Assembly (NCBI GenBank): GCA_044225175.1
Contig: JBGAJA010000002.1
Location: 216,949 to 280,948, forward strand
Reading direction: 5' to 3'
Length of the DNA stretch: 64,000 nucleotides
Source of the DNA: Candidatus Omnitrophota bacterium
GTDB taxonomy: Bacteria; Omnitrophota; Gorgyraeia; Zapsychrales; Fredricksoniimonadaceae
The translations under genes and the position numbers were made by a program. Positions 1 to 15,000 of the stretch are shown piece by piece. The notes beneath the pieces were generated by a model. It made no database searches. It saw nothing but the letters and a program-made list of their open reading frames with translations, and was not told the origin of the DNA. How positions within the stretch are numbered: the stretch's first letter is position 1; each line of letters opens with the position of its first letter.

Positions 1-3000
1 GAAGTCATTGCTGGCATTAGAAAGAAATACAATTTAGCCGACCACAAGGTCCATCCAACTGTGGAACGCATGATCAAAGGTGCCCAAGAAGAGGCCCAAA
101 AGCATTTAGCGTTAAAAGCAGAAATTGAACGTGCCCTTGGTGAAGACAAATTAAGTGAAGTCAAAACATTGATCGAAAGCATGGATGACCCAACCAGAGC
201 TCAACCTATTGTCATGGCTGGAGGAGTACCTTTATTCAAAGCCATTAAAGAGGTATTAGCTACAGGTGGAAGTGATGAGATTCTTTTAAAGGATATTAAA
301 GCTAAGGTTGCACAATCTACCATTTCACCCCAATTTGAGAACATGGATGAAACAATCAGTCAAATGTCCCAAGACCCCATGATTTCTTCTGTCATAAGAG
401 CTTTAGAAAAAGCAAGACCAAATGAAACGGCGGGCGCCAAAGCAGAAACCAAGGACAAGCAAAAATCATCTACTTCTGGCGCTGCTATGGGTATTATAGC
501 TGCTATTTTAGGCTTTATCGGAGCAGAGAAGGTGATGCCTCCACAACAAGCCAAGGCAGATACGCCAACAACCATTTCAACTCAATATGAAGACATTCAT
601 ACAGAAACTATGGATGTGCAGCCTGCATCTTCTCAAGATTCTAAAGATAACGATCAGGGACCGGATGGAAATCATACGAAGGATACGGGGCCATTGGCAC
701 CTCCACCCCAGCCCATAAGCACGGCACCGGTAGTACCGAGTCATAATCCAACTCCTCCGGCCCCTGGTCCAGTACCTTTACCTGTGCAAATGCCTGTTCC
801 AAATACAGCTGCGGGAAACAGTCCGCCACCGTTTAACGGCCATATCATTTTATATCAGCCTATAACCTACCCTGAAAGAATGGGCTTAGTGGGGCCAAGT
901 GTAGGCTATAGACATGTATTAGATTCCTTAAAAACCGAAGGAGCTGTATGGAGGGTTCTACATCCAGGTATTAAACCATCTGCCCTGACTTTCTCCAAGT
1001 CAGCAGGCAGAGGAAATGCAGAAAACGGAGAAAATAATGCAGAAGCACAAGTAGGACAAGCAGTTAGAGTAGAAGTACCAGTTTCACAAAAGTTAAGTGA
1101 AAAGTTGGGTAGCGCGAGCTCTGTGCTCGTGAATGAAACAGAAACAGAAGTAAATGCAGTCAACGAAGTAAGTAGCAATGACAGTAACACAGTAGCAAGA
1201 TTAAATGATGTAGGGAACGGTTTGAAACCGTTCCGTACCACAGTAAGTGAAGTTCAGTCTGGAAATGCAGTACGCAGCATGCAACAAGCCCAAGTAGTTG
1301 ATGGGTCTATAAGCGATGGTACAAATGCAGTAGAAGTAGGCAAGACTCGTTCTGGTGACAGCAATGATGTCACTGTAAGAAGTGCTAACAATGAAAATGG
1401 TGTGCCTAGCCCAATCGTGCCTGGATCAGAAGGTGTGATCAAAGACGAAGAAGGTATAAGCGATCCGACTGTTTGGATTGGCGACGTAGACACTGCAGCA
1501 AATATAAGTTCAAGTAGTCTGTTATCTCGTGATACTCGCTCTCATACCGGTTCCATAGGTATGTCAAATGTTGAAGAAGCAGATGGAATACATAATAGTG
1601 ATGAAAATAGTGTGTCCAATGGTGCAAGAAGTACGCCAAAAGACACTGAAAATATTTCCGAAGTCAGAAGTTCTGTAGGTGCGTCGACTGATAACCAATC
1701 TCCCGTAGTTCCTCAAGGAGATGAAAAATCAGAGGCGCAACAAGTACGTTCAACCACAGCTGTTAGAAATGACAATAACGGCGGTGGAAATTCTCTGTTC
1801 CCCAATACTAATTCCCAATTATTACCCATTGATTTAGGCGCAACCCTAAGCGCTACCGATACCAGTGCTCTCAACATTGGTGGAGGCGAGTCCATTCTTA
1901 ATTTAGTCCATGCTCAAACAATTGAATTCATGCAAAACAATGGAGGTTTACCATGGTCAGCCAAACACTCAGCATCAAGCATTTTGTTACCTTCCCTCAG
2001 ATCAATTCCAGAATTGCAACAGCCCGTGACCACCTTAACAGGATCCACATCTATCTCATTGAATCTAGTGGCAAGATCTACAAGCGAGACGGTCTTTGCG
2101 ATGCCTGGCAGCCGCTTGGAGACAGTGATCGAGGCAGATTCAGTGACATCCTTGAACATCCAGACACTCTCAAGTGTCCCAGCTACAGCACCAACAACAT
2201 CAGTCTCCTTAACTAATACCAATAGCGTTACAGATAAACTCAGCCACACCCTTGGGGCTGCTCCAGTTGTACCGGCATCTTTAACTTCTCCAGTTAAAGA
2301 TGCCGTTGCTTCACAATTAACCACAGCCCAATTGCAACAATTGGTGGCTGAAGGTGCCAAGAGATTCTCTGGTAGAAATATTTTCAATGTGCTTGATATA
2401 CAAAAGATGGAAATGAATGCTTTCGATATCATGTTCGGTGAAGAACCTAACAGCACACAATTGATGTACGTAGGTAAAGATGACAGAGGCTATTTCATCG
2501 CTACATCTAAGGGAGTCAAAGACGGCTTAGCAAAAGAACAATTGCCTCAAGGTATTTCTGATAGGGCCTTTGAATTATTAGATTCCGCTATTGAAAGACC
2601 AGTCATTCAAATCGTTTCTGAGAACATTTTAAATGGCCGTTCATTTGCCATCACCAAAGATTTCAACTCAATTAACAATGAAGCCTTAGGCCATGTCAGC
2701 AAAGCTTTCTTTGGTAAACCATACGATTATGTCGCACTCAAAGTCTCCAAAGTCTCAGCGACACCATTTATGAATAAAGACCGTGCAGGAAAAGCAACTG
2801 GTGGAGCTGATATTCAAGGCCTAACATTGACTAACTTGGCCGATCGTCCAATGGCTAACAAAGAACAAGTTCAAAAACAAGCCCAAGATATTGATGAGAA
2901 AATTACTAAAGAACCACAAGAAAAAGCCAAGAACATCGTTGCCATCAATCAAGTGCAGCAACGTGTAGAAGCTGCTAAAAACACCAGAAATAACGGCGAA

Positions 3001-6000
3001 ATTAATACTGCTGCAACTTATGCCTTAGAACATTCAGCACCATTGAGATTTGAACAATTGCCAGAAAACTGGAAGAAGTATTTTGCTAAACAAATTAATC
3101 ATGAACTTGCCGTTGGTCTTCAGTTCACCATGTTTAACAATACCGTTCCTAATTCCATTGCATCAAACGCCATCTGGGGTAATTTGAACTTTGGCGGAGG
3201 ATTTGGAATTGCTCCAATCTTACCTAGCGGAATGACTACATGGGTTGAAATTGCTCAAATTGCAACCAACCTTGGAGAAACAAACCCCATTGGATTTGTA
3301 ATCCTAGGCGATCGTATCTTACAAGTGAAAAATGCTTGGATTAAAGACCAGCATGATGGATATGGTCATTTGATTCTAATCCGCCAAGGCACAGATGTAC
3401 AAAAAGTCATTGCAACCGCCTTAGTTGACCATAAGCCAGTTGCATTTGACCAAACATTAGTCTCTGATAGCAAAGATGCCTCCATCCTTAACTGGAGCTC
3501 TTTAGACACGTCCTCATTTGACCGTCTTGGTTTGGCTGAAGCTATGGAAATCATCCCGGGCCGTTTGGTCCACTTGATCACCCAAAGCGAAGACTTTGCC
3601 AGGATCTTTGGTTATGATCCAAACCGTTTAGCTCCATGGGAACAAGAAAAGAGCCCCACGGCCCGTATTCCAAGCACCCAAGAAATTCGCTTCTTCCGTT
3701 CTGGTTTATTAAACCAAAAAGAGAATTTGTTATTCATCACAGTCACAGAACGTTTAGAAGATACGAAGCTCAAGGATGGCAGCGCAATCATCAATGACGA
3801 AGACTTAGGTGCATTTAAAGATATTAAGAACAAGTTAGTCTTAACACGCGGTTTTGTGGTGGATTTATCCAAACGTAAGGGTGGGGAAGACAAGACAGCT
3901 GGTATCTATGAAGCTTACCGCGCCTTAGATTACGATGAAGATGGAAGCAAGGTCGGCATTCAATATGTGCCTTCCTTATTAAACATCGAAAACTTAAAGA
4001 AGACCATTGATGTCAACCGTGGATCTGATGACAAAGGCGAATCGGTTAGTTCAAGCTTTATTAATCCTATGACAGGAATTAATCAAGATATGTTCTATGG
4101 CAATGAATTGCCATATGCCATCCCACAATATTCCAGAAACATTGATGGCAGCTTATCTTTGAAACCTGTAGGTGGAGCATCCATTGGTTATCAAGATGGG
4201 CAACAAGTTATGTTTACGGCCATGTATTCACCGAAAGCCAATGAATTCCAAATGGCCTTTAATCAAAAGGACAACACATCTGTCATCACAAGCCAAGTAT
4301 GGTCTAAAGATTCTGGCGCCTTTGGTACGGTTGAAATTAAGGGAACAGAAGCATTGAATGGAATGGTCAAAACAGTCTTAGATGAAAACACGGACGTTTC
4401 TTTATTAAGCACAAGCGACATTCAAAATGGCAATGGCCAAAGCGTCCTTTATAATCCTAAGACCTTAAGTCACGAGAAGACATCTGATTATTTATCTCAA
4501 ATCATCAAAGTTCTACCCGCTGGAATTGCCCAAAAAGCAGATGTGATTCTAGTGGATACAACCAACAAACTGACCCAAAACATGGTGGTTGAACACAGCG
4601 GACACACCGTTGTTGTCTTAGCGCAAAATACAGTTGCAGCCATTGCTAAAGCTTTAGAAGCCAACAGCAGCTTAGAGACAATTGTAGTTGTGGAACAATC
4701 TTTGGATGAAAACTTAGCCAATACCATCAGAGCTTCTTCCGTAACTCAATTATTCAAAGGTTCTGAAGTCTATTACAACATTCATTCCAAGACCGTTGCC
4801 GTTGAAGTTGTGACCAAACCAGTTTATGGCCGTGTTATTATCCCTGGAAGAAACGTCATTTATTTAACAGACAAGCAATTGGTCAACCAAACAATCGCTG
4901 CTGCTCATGAAGTTCAAACAGGGGAAGAATTTGTCAGCCAAATCAAAGCTGGTAATGTGACTATCGGAAACCCAATTCGCTTAGTCAATGAAGCTGGAAA
5001 ACCAGCTCCAATCATTGTGACACGCGGGTTTAATTTGAAACCTGGTGAATTTGGTATCTTAGAACTTGGTAAACAATTTAGAGATCCTGTTGCTGAAAAT
5101 CCAAATGCCTATGCTGTTTTGTATGACACCAAGACCAATGAGTTCATTATCATCAATCATCCTCAAGACATTCCTTTAACAGAACAAAGAAAGCTTGTAT
5201 CCATCAATCGATTCATGTCCAAGGCGACTACAACAGTAGCTGATTCATTGGCATCAAGAAATCAAACCCTTATTCAAGTAGCTTCCAAAGTTTTTGCTAA
5301 CAATCCTCAACGATTAGCTGAATTTAAAGCTGTTATTGATCAAGACGTGAAACGCACATTGGATCGCAACATCACAGAAGCTGCTAAGGCTTACAAAGAC
5401 AAATTGACCAGCTTAGAAAAAGCCCAAAGAGAATTATGGGCCGCTCAAGACAGACAATCCAGCGTCGATTCTTTATCTAAGAAGGGTATGTTCGAAATCT
5501 TCCAAGCCCATGCATCATTACAAGCTAAGGGCAGCGCAGAATTGTTTATCAAGAGTGTGGTATGGAACCAAGCTTATATTGAAGCAGCAAGTTCCCAAAT
5601 CAATCCAGATGCTAAATACAAGACACCAGAAGAGTATTATCAACATTTCGTGGATGATATGGGTGAGAATGGTTTGGATGCAGCTGTGGAACATGTGATG
5701 GATGATTTCAAGGCTTCTTTGGCTAACCAAGGTCCATTCAATGCCAAAGTCCTTTCAGATTTACAAAAACAAATCAGCAACAATGATGACAAAAATCCTG
5801 GTTTATCCCAACAAATTTCTTATATTCAAGGATTACCTAACACACTCTTACATGTCACGATCCCAGAAACATATAAATTTACGCCAAAAGACAGAAGCAA
5901 TGTCTTAGATCTAAAGAACAAATCTGAAGAGGATGCCCGTCAACTTCAAGCTAAATTAGATGAATGGAACAGAACACAGAATGCTGATGTTGTTAAAGAC

Positions 6001-9000
6001 CTTTATTATTCTAAAGAAGAGATTGCAACCGGACTAAACTATTGGTTAAACGATGATGGGGCCACACAAGTTGATCCAAATGTACCTGTGACTGTCAGAG
6101 GTCGTTTAAACCGCTTGGAAACAGAAGTGATCACATTCTGGCAAACACAAAAGAAACTTCACGCTAATGACGGCCCAGATGTTCAAAGAGTGATTGATCA
6201 AGAGATTGCTAACACACAAGATGAAATTAAATTAGCTAAGAGAACTGTTCAAAGATTACTTGATGATCAATTCGCCTATGTCGCAGAACTTGAACATCCA
6301 GAACAAGTCTTACAAACTAAGATAGACATTGCCCGTGACCAAGCCAAATTGTATGGCCAATATGGCGACACATTAGGTTTAGCTTTAGATAGTAAAGAAA
6401 CCCTCGTTGATTGGACCAACAAAGTCCCTGTCGTTGAGAAAGATAAAATTGCTGCTGGAAAAGAATATTTGACAAATAAAGTCAAAAATACAATTCCAGC
6501 ACAAATTGTTTATCTTCAAATGGTCAAAGATAATCCTAAGACCCCCGATCATTTCAAAGGACAGATTGATGCCTTTATCAATAGTTTGAATGAAGAATCT
6601 AACTTTATCCAAAACCGTCAAATCCCTGACTTAGCTAAAGACAGCCAATATTATGAAGATGCAACGGGTGAAACTCCTCAACAAGTAGTTGACCGTAAAG
6701 TCCAATTATTAAGTGAACAAAAAGCCATTCTTGATCAAAGAGCATTGATCTTGAAATCTTTAGGATCATTTGCTGATGAATTCTTAGGAGATTCAACCCA
6801 ACGCTATGCTCAATTTGTCCAAAATGGCATTGATAAAGCCCTGCAGATTTATGGTGCACGTACATTGCTTAAAGATCCTGCTACAGACTTTGCAACAGGA
6901 CTAGCTGATTACAACCAAGGTTTAATTGCTCAAAGTTTGAAAAATGGCGATGTTCAAGCCAAGGCTGCTCGTGAACAAACCGCTTACGAAGAAACCGTAA
7001 AAGCAGCTCGTGATGTTCAAAAAGATGCTATTGAATATAACCAAAAGATCCAATCTCTTCTTCAAGAAGTATTAGCTGAAATTAGAAATAATCCTGCCTT
7101 TGCCGGCCAAAGAGATCAATTAGAAAATGAAGTCAAAGGTGCCTTAAGAGCGTATGAACAACCTGTTCCTGCTGTATTAGTTGGACGCACCGATGTGTTA
7201 TTACCAGATGGACAAGTGACCAATCTTTTTGCATACCAAGATAATCAACAAATCAGAAATTCACTTCGCATGGATATCCGCAAGACCAACACAGGCATGG
7301 TCAACTCGGACTATCTCTATGCCAATAACTTGCCAAATGGTGTCAATCTTTATGCTGGTACATTACAAGCAGAAAGCATTAACCAACGTGTCTTTGCCAT
7401 CGACATGCTTTTAACTCCAGAACAAGCCACAGCCGTTGATCGTTTCATCGCAGGATTCATTCGCCAAGACCAATTCCAAGAAGCCTTCAATGCCCCAGGA
7501 CAAAGCGAGAAACATACATACATGGTCATTGGTAATGGTTTTGCAGCTGCCAATGACAAGGGTTATTTCGCAGTGACAGGAATTGTGATGAAGGACGTTT
7601 CTCATGCAGACAACAATTCAAGCAACACTCAAGGCGTTCGCGTAGACATGGCCCGTAATTTGGATCAAGATGGCAACATCAAATTGGTCTTTGCAGGAGA
7701 CTATGTCAATAGCCAACAAAAAGCCATGACCAACATTAAGATCATGGATGTATTTTCTAATACAACGGTCGTCTCTGCAGACCGCTTGCTTGTTGCCAGA
7801 AACTCTTTTGCTGACCTTCAATTCGGACCTGACTTTGTTGTTCCAGGCAGCCAACTTAAGGATGAAGAAGGCAATGTGATTAGACAAGCCACATTGAGTT
7901 TACGCGCTGTCCGTGAATATTCAAGATCATGGGACGGTTCTTGGACTGCAATCAACTTCCCAACTGTAGGTACAACCGTGCAATACCGTGACATCACCGT
8001 AGGTGTCAGCCGTGCTATTGGCCAACCACGATATGGATTTACGGCAGCATACAAGAATTTCAGCACATATTACAGCTACCAAGGCGGAGAAAAAGCTTAT
8101 GGAGCTGCTGCCAACTTCAAGGTATTTGAAGACTTACAAGCTAATGTTGAAGTCTATCACAGTGCAACAGCCAAATACGGGGTCAGATTTGACTTTGAAC
8201 AAAGAATTGCCCAAAAATGGGGTGTGAATGTTGGTTCTGATGTCAATGAAGGAGGACTTACCCCAGGAGTTGGAATCAAACGTTATTTAGGTGGCAATAC
8301 AGAAAACGATTTTGATGCCATTACAGATTTGACTAAATCTCCAGCTATTTTTGCTGACACATTTGCAGCTTTAAAGAAAAAGCAAGTCACTGAAAACGAA
8401 AACATATTGTATGTACCTGAAGAGATTTTTGATCAAGCCAAAGCCTTGTATGCTATCAACCAAGTGACAATTCCTAACGATGCTCCAGAGTTAACAGCAT
8501 TAGTGACATTAGATGGCCGCTATGTCATGCTTCCAGCTCTTGGCTTAATGCAAGCAGAACAAGACGCCCGCTTCGCTGATGATTCTCATGGGGTAGCTAG
8601 AATTGCCCAAAATATCCCAGCTAAAATCACCAAAGACCAATACACCAAGGCTGTTGCCGCTAAGTTAATTGAGACTATCAAAGACATTGACCAAAAAGAT
8701 TTAACAGAAGCTGGTATCTGGGGTAATGGCACCATCAACAAGTATTGGAGTGAAGTTGGCGGCCAAGAACTATTCTTAGGTACTCAAGATACTATGGTCG
8801 TTCTTCCAGCCAACACAGCTAAGATGGCTGAATTAACTGGTAATCCAGGATTTGTTAGCGAATCTCCGGTTGTTATCGAGTTGGCATACAACGCCTTAGT
8901 TGAAGCCCACAATGGTCTAGAGATAGTCAAGTCCATGCCAACTGTCCAAGGAAACTTGAAAGATCTCTCTCTTGATACAATCGTTGCCACAGGCGTTCTT

Positions 9001-12000
9001 ACTATCGATGCTAAAGATTTAGCCACAGTTGAAACAACTCATCCTCAAGGATTAGCCAAAACAAATTTAACGAATGAACAATTGCAACAAGCCATCAAAG
9101 AAGGCCGTGTTCAATATGTCCAATTGTTCGATAAAGCCAATGGCGGATATCCTTATGCTAAGCTCGGCGTTGATGGACAACCAGATTATGATCAAAAGAA
9201 ATACTTTGCAGACACCCAAGATCATGAAGGCTATGAACCTGTTAGAACATTATTAGTCACAACCCCATCTAATTTCTCCATGATGAAAGCTGATGAACCT
9301 CCAGCAGCAGATCAAACAGTGTTAAGCCCGGCTGCTAAACAATTTATAGAAACTCAAATGAAAGATAAATCCATCGTATGGCTTCCTACTGGTGAAATGA
9401 AATATGTAACAGAAAAGCAACTGGTCGAAATGATCAAAGCAGGTACGGTTGTGGCTAATGAAGTTGTTAATAACAAAGGCGAAAAAGAGTGGCACTTACA
9501 GGTTAAAGTTAATGGAACATGGAAAAGCATTCAGTTGTCCAAAGAGATACTCGATACCGATGACAAACAAGCAGTTGCTAAAACATCGGATTTAGAAAAC
9601 GGAAAAATTGCTGTATCTATTTCAGAGAGTGAACTCAGAGCTCTAGTGAGTAAGGAAGGATTAAACGGACAGCATTTAACAACAAAGCATATCGAAGTAG
9701 AAAGCAAAGGTTACCCATATTTCTTAGACGCTAATTCTAATGGATTAAAAGATAAAAATGAGACAACGATCATTTACGGTTCTAAACCTAATGAATATAA
9801 AGAACGCTATCTTCCTCTTTTAACATTAAAACTTAAGGACATCGTCAGATTAAACAACGATGGTGAGAATCTTATCAGAGGCATTCAAGCCAACAGCTTC
9901 TTGGTCAACACCAAAAATGATTCGTACTATGTCTCTCTAGAGCAATTAAAAGCACAATACAATACCATCCGTCAAGAAGCTAAAGACTATCAAGTAACCA
10001 AGTTTGGTGTCAGTGGCTCACCGCTGATGAGAGTTTACTTAGGCTATAGTCAATTAGCTTCTCGTGTGGAAGTTGTGGAAAATTCAACTAGTTCAAAGAT
10101 TTATGCTTGGGACCAATTAACAAAAGAAAAAGGTTCTATTACAGTAAAAGGTCAACCTATCGGTCAAGTAACAGTGTCCAAAGATGCCCAAGGTAACAAA
10201 CGAGTCACAACCACAGATTTTAGGGCCAACAACACACAACGTATTGATATTTACAACGCTCAAAACAAACTCGAACGCAGTGAAAGACCATTGTCACAAG
10301 AAATTATTTATTTTGATACTGCGACTGGCCATGAAATTTATTCTGTGTCCATGGATACGGCTAAAGAACCAGGAGTTTCCTTAACAATCAATAACATCAA
10401 GGTAGAACATGTGACAGGCGTTTATGATTTTGAACCAAATGGTAACGGCCATAAAGTGGTCACATTCATTAACTTAAGAAATCTTTCAGATAATCGTGGA
10501 TACACTTCTGTTAGGAGATCCACATATAACAACGGTGTTGTCACAGAAGATTTAACAGGTTTTATTGAATTACCAGAACAGATCACAAGTAAAGAAGAAT
10601 TGTTCTTAAAAGTGACAGACAACTTTAAATTCAAAGATGCTTACGTTTATGATGAAGCTGGCAGTCATAAACTATTAAGAAGAGATGTTTCCTTCAAACC
10701 AAATGGCAATTGGATTAATGCCTGGTCTATTGTTGGAGGAGCTGAAGCAAAAGCACAGAAAACAGATGTTGTTAATTTCAATAAGATTATAGAGCATCGA
10801 GAAATTAAAGAAGCTTTAGCAGCCATCGATGTAACGGGCGATACATTATTAGAGCAATCCAGGGTCACCACAGATGATCAAACGGTCATATCCATCGATT
10901 TAAGACGTCCTTATGACCCTATTCAAAGAAAGATCATCACTGTTCGTAAAGAAGCAGATATCCTCCATAAAGATGTAACAAGAGTGATCGAAATCATTGT
11001 TGGTGTAGAGTTTGATCAAAGAACAGGAGAGGTTACAAAGTCCTACAAGCTGACACCAGATTATCAAATCAAAGGAGAATTCGAGACACTAACAGATTCG
11101 CAAATCACCTCCGCAGGATTAAATGTCAAAGCTCAAGGCCTATTGGCAAAGATCGCACCAATTTTGAAGAATATCCCTGAAGTCAAAGACCAAGACCTAT
11201 TCACAGCATTAAGACAAGTCGGTATTAACGAGAATACAAAGTTAACTGTACTGCGCGAAACTCCTAAAGCTTTAGAGGACGGTCAATATAAAGACAAGAA
11301 CTTAAACACCATTTATCACTTCTTAATTCCAAATGACAGTCGTGGACGTGATATTGCTGTGTTATATCCCAATAAAGATCTCGTGCTTAATTTGTGGTGG
11401 TTAGAAGGGCAAGATCTCAAGATCCGTGATAATGGAACAGTGAAATTAAAAGTTGGCGTTATCCCAGCTATGGTTGTTATAGATCAACAAGGTAACTTGA
11501 AAGAAACATTGGTTTATAAACCATCCAATGAAAAAGAACCAGCCTATAGCGTGTCTTTAGTAGACCGTAAAGAAGGCAAAGTAGTTGAGGGTGGACGTGA
11601 ACTAGCAACAGTTTCTAACGGTGCTGGACGATTATTAAAGGTTGAATACAAGAATGCAGATGGATCCACAGACTTAACAGCCGAAGGCTATGAGTATACC
11701 GTGCTTGATTCCAAGGTCAAGATGAGCGCATTTTATACCAATGGGGGTCAATTATTAGCTGAGAAGTATAGATACATTATTGCTCAACCAATGTTAAGAC
11801 AATTAGGGATGGTTTACAAAGGACAAGAAACAGTCATCTTTGATATTCGTTCCCCGTTCCGTAAGCCAATACAGTCTTTCTGGGATTTAGGCAAAACCAT
11901 TGAAGAAAAACAAATTGATTCTCAAAGAGTGATTGTCAAATCTTTTGAAACTGATCCTCAATTCTCAGCGATCAATAAGCGTGTGGTTGACGGCAATGAA

Positions 12001-15000
12001 GTCTATGATCAGTCGACAGTGATTGACTCCTATGAAGCTGAAGGGTTTGACTACCGCAAGTTCAAGAAACAAAGAACCCCGTATATCAATGATCAAATCG
12101 ATCAGAACGCAGGTGGTAAACACGTTCCCGATGTTTTACAGACATGGGGATCTGATTATCCTGCATGGGCCAACATAATTTCTGTTTTGATTGGTTTAAT
12201 TTCCTTTATCCTTATCTTTGGTAAACCTTTAGCATGGATAGGCCAGATCGTTCGATTCTTTACAAGCGAGAACAAACAAGCAGCCAGAAATGTTGCCCAA
12301 AGAATTGCTCCAAAAACGATTCAACAAATGGTCCTCGATTTAAATGCTTATCGTCATAGCGGCTATGGATTCCAAAAGGGCGCTCTGAATGAAGCCTACG
12401 GGGCCTTGGTTCGTGAATTAAAAGATCGTTTGTATGCAGGCGAAACATTAAACGGCATCACCACAGAATATTTCAGACGCTACCTTGAGAATTTCTTTAA
12501 ACCTGTCATGTCAAGAGTGTTGAACAAAGCTGAGTATCAAAGACAATTACAATTGATTGCAGGATATGGATTAGAAGAAATGTTCATCATGGAAGCAATT
12601 AATCGCGTTTCTGATAAAACAGCTAATGTAACTGCATCGGTTGATTTCTATCGATTCTATATAGCTATGCAAGAAAAGACGCATAATCCACTATTTGGTA
12701 TCAATGTTGAAGCTGATGCTAGATTATGGTCTTCTCTCTTATGGTTGCATCAATCTGGTCCAATTGTTAATCCAGCAAATAAGAAAAAATCAGACACCAT
12801 TCATCATGATGATGTCGATGGCATGTTTAGAACACCTGGCTTTATTAAATTTTATTCTACAGCTCAAGCTGAACAGGGTGGACTAACTGGTCGAGATTTG
12901 ATTGAAGAAGAATTAATGAAAGTCATTCGCTCAATTCCTGGAAAAGAAACAGTCACCATAGTTGAAGGATATGAATTCATCAGAAAAGCTTTGCCAAAGG
13001 ATATTCCTGCTGATGTCGCTCGAAAGGGGATCACGGTCAATCAAATAATAATGAAGGTTTATCCTGATATTAAAACCAGTGTATTTGGTATTTTAGGGTG
13101 GATCCGTATGATCATGAACGCCACCCCGCAATTTGTTGTAGCACTTGGAGTTTCAGCTTTAGCTTCCATCGGTTTAATTTGGATGAAGAAATCAGATATT
13201 GAAACATTGCAGATGTTGAGTTCTGGATATTTTGTTGCCGCTATCCTTGCTGTAACAGTCCTTACATTCTTTATGTACAAGGGAGCTAAATACGTTATCC
13301 GCAAAGCTTCCCCTGCAGCCTTCCACTTATTGTTAAGTATCTCAATGTTGGTCTTGATAGCCTTAGGCTGGTTTGCTCATGGATCCCTTGCGGCCATGAC
13401 AACAGCTGCCTATGCTGGATGGTTTACAGGGCTGACGATTTTCATCGCAGGTGTCGGTTTTATTTATCAGGCTTTGAAAGGGATTGACCGAAGATATTCT
13501 CAAAAAGTTTTAAAAGATAAGAATAAAGATAATTCAGATGAATGGACCATGGTTAATTTGGATGAACATGATCGCACACCAAAGGGGACATTGGGTCGTC
13601 AAGCAAGAGCTGCTGGGGTGATGATGGCCACATTATTGGCTAAATTTGTGGCTAATGTGTTTATTTGGAAATGGATCGCCGTACCGATATTAATCACATT
13701 AAACAGTCAATGGCAAATGGCAGATCTTTTTGGAGTGTTCCATGGCTTCACAGTACCCATGGGAGATAAGATTATCCTTGGGTTGACTCTTTCTGTATTC
13801 GCTGCCATTTTTATTTTGGACATATTTGCTTATTTCTATCTTATCGAAGGTGCTTTAGGGTATTGGATTGCTAAATTCAACGGTAATAATCGTATTAATT
13901 TCTGGAAACGCAATCAGGTTGTCTCCTATGGAGTTTTTGCGATAGCCGTTCTTGGCTTGGCAGGACTACTAGGAGTTCCTTATTTAAGCACAGGATTAAC
14001 AACAGCACTTACTTACATAGCTTCATTTAAAACTGTTGCAGTGATCTTGAATATTTTGAGTCACGTGCCTTTTGTGGGTACCACCCTCGTCAGTATGACA
14101 GGGCTTAAGATAGCAGTATGGATGGGCGTATTACTTAAACCAATCAATTTAATCTTAGGTTTCTTGAGCATTGAGAAAATTGGCGGTGACTCAGTGGTCG
14201 AGAAATTCGGTGTCAAAATGCACAAGGATACGGTTAAGATTGATCCCAATGGCGCAGCTCATCAATTCATGATCAAGAATCTTCCTCCAACGTATTTTAA
14301 TGATCAAGGCCAGCGCGAGGATTTAACTTTAGCACAACGTACAGTTGCCTTCGCCAAAGCCTTTAACATGATCATCTTGACCCTCTATGAAGATGATCTT
14401 ATTAATATGGATGAAGCTAGGGGCATGATTTTCGTATTTAGCTATGCAAACAAAACACGCCAAGAATCAGAGCTTGCAAGTCTCTTTGGTGAAGATCCAG
14501 ATGAAAACAATTTCTTAAACGGAACTATTATTAGAACACCACAGCTTCAAATAAGACCTGAAACATATCGCGTTCAAGACAGATTACAGAAATTTTTCTC
14601 AAGCATTTATATGGATATGTACCACATGCCGATTTATGAAATGATTAAAACGCACAGCACGATATTACCGTTTTTAGCTGAACCTGTTTTATATCCTTTT
14701 GCAGACCAAGATGTTAATGAATTTGAAGGGATTAATTCTCCCTACAAGCTCAATGAAAGAAAGGGCCACACAATTGCTAAGTATGGCACATTCTTAACTC
14801 ACATTATCAGAAGATCTCCAAATCAATGGGATAATTTCAAAGCTCGTCTCAGACGTGAGACAGAAATCGCCAGAGCTAATGGGACAATTGATCAAGAGAT
14901 CTACAATAGACGAATAGCAGATCTACAAATGATGGAGGATTTGAAATTTGGTCAACGCTTAGGAAAGAAGGAATTGGATCCTGCTGGCAAAAGGCATGCT

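Noticed and set aside
1914-2456. 180-aa ORF on the minus strand
   Set aside because: Antisense shadow ORF within the low-complexity acidic coding region of the giant gene. No independent evidence.
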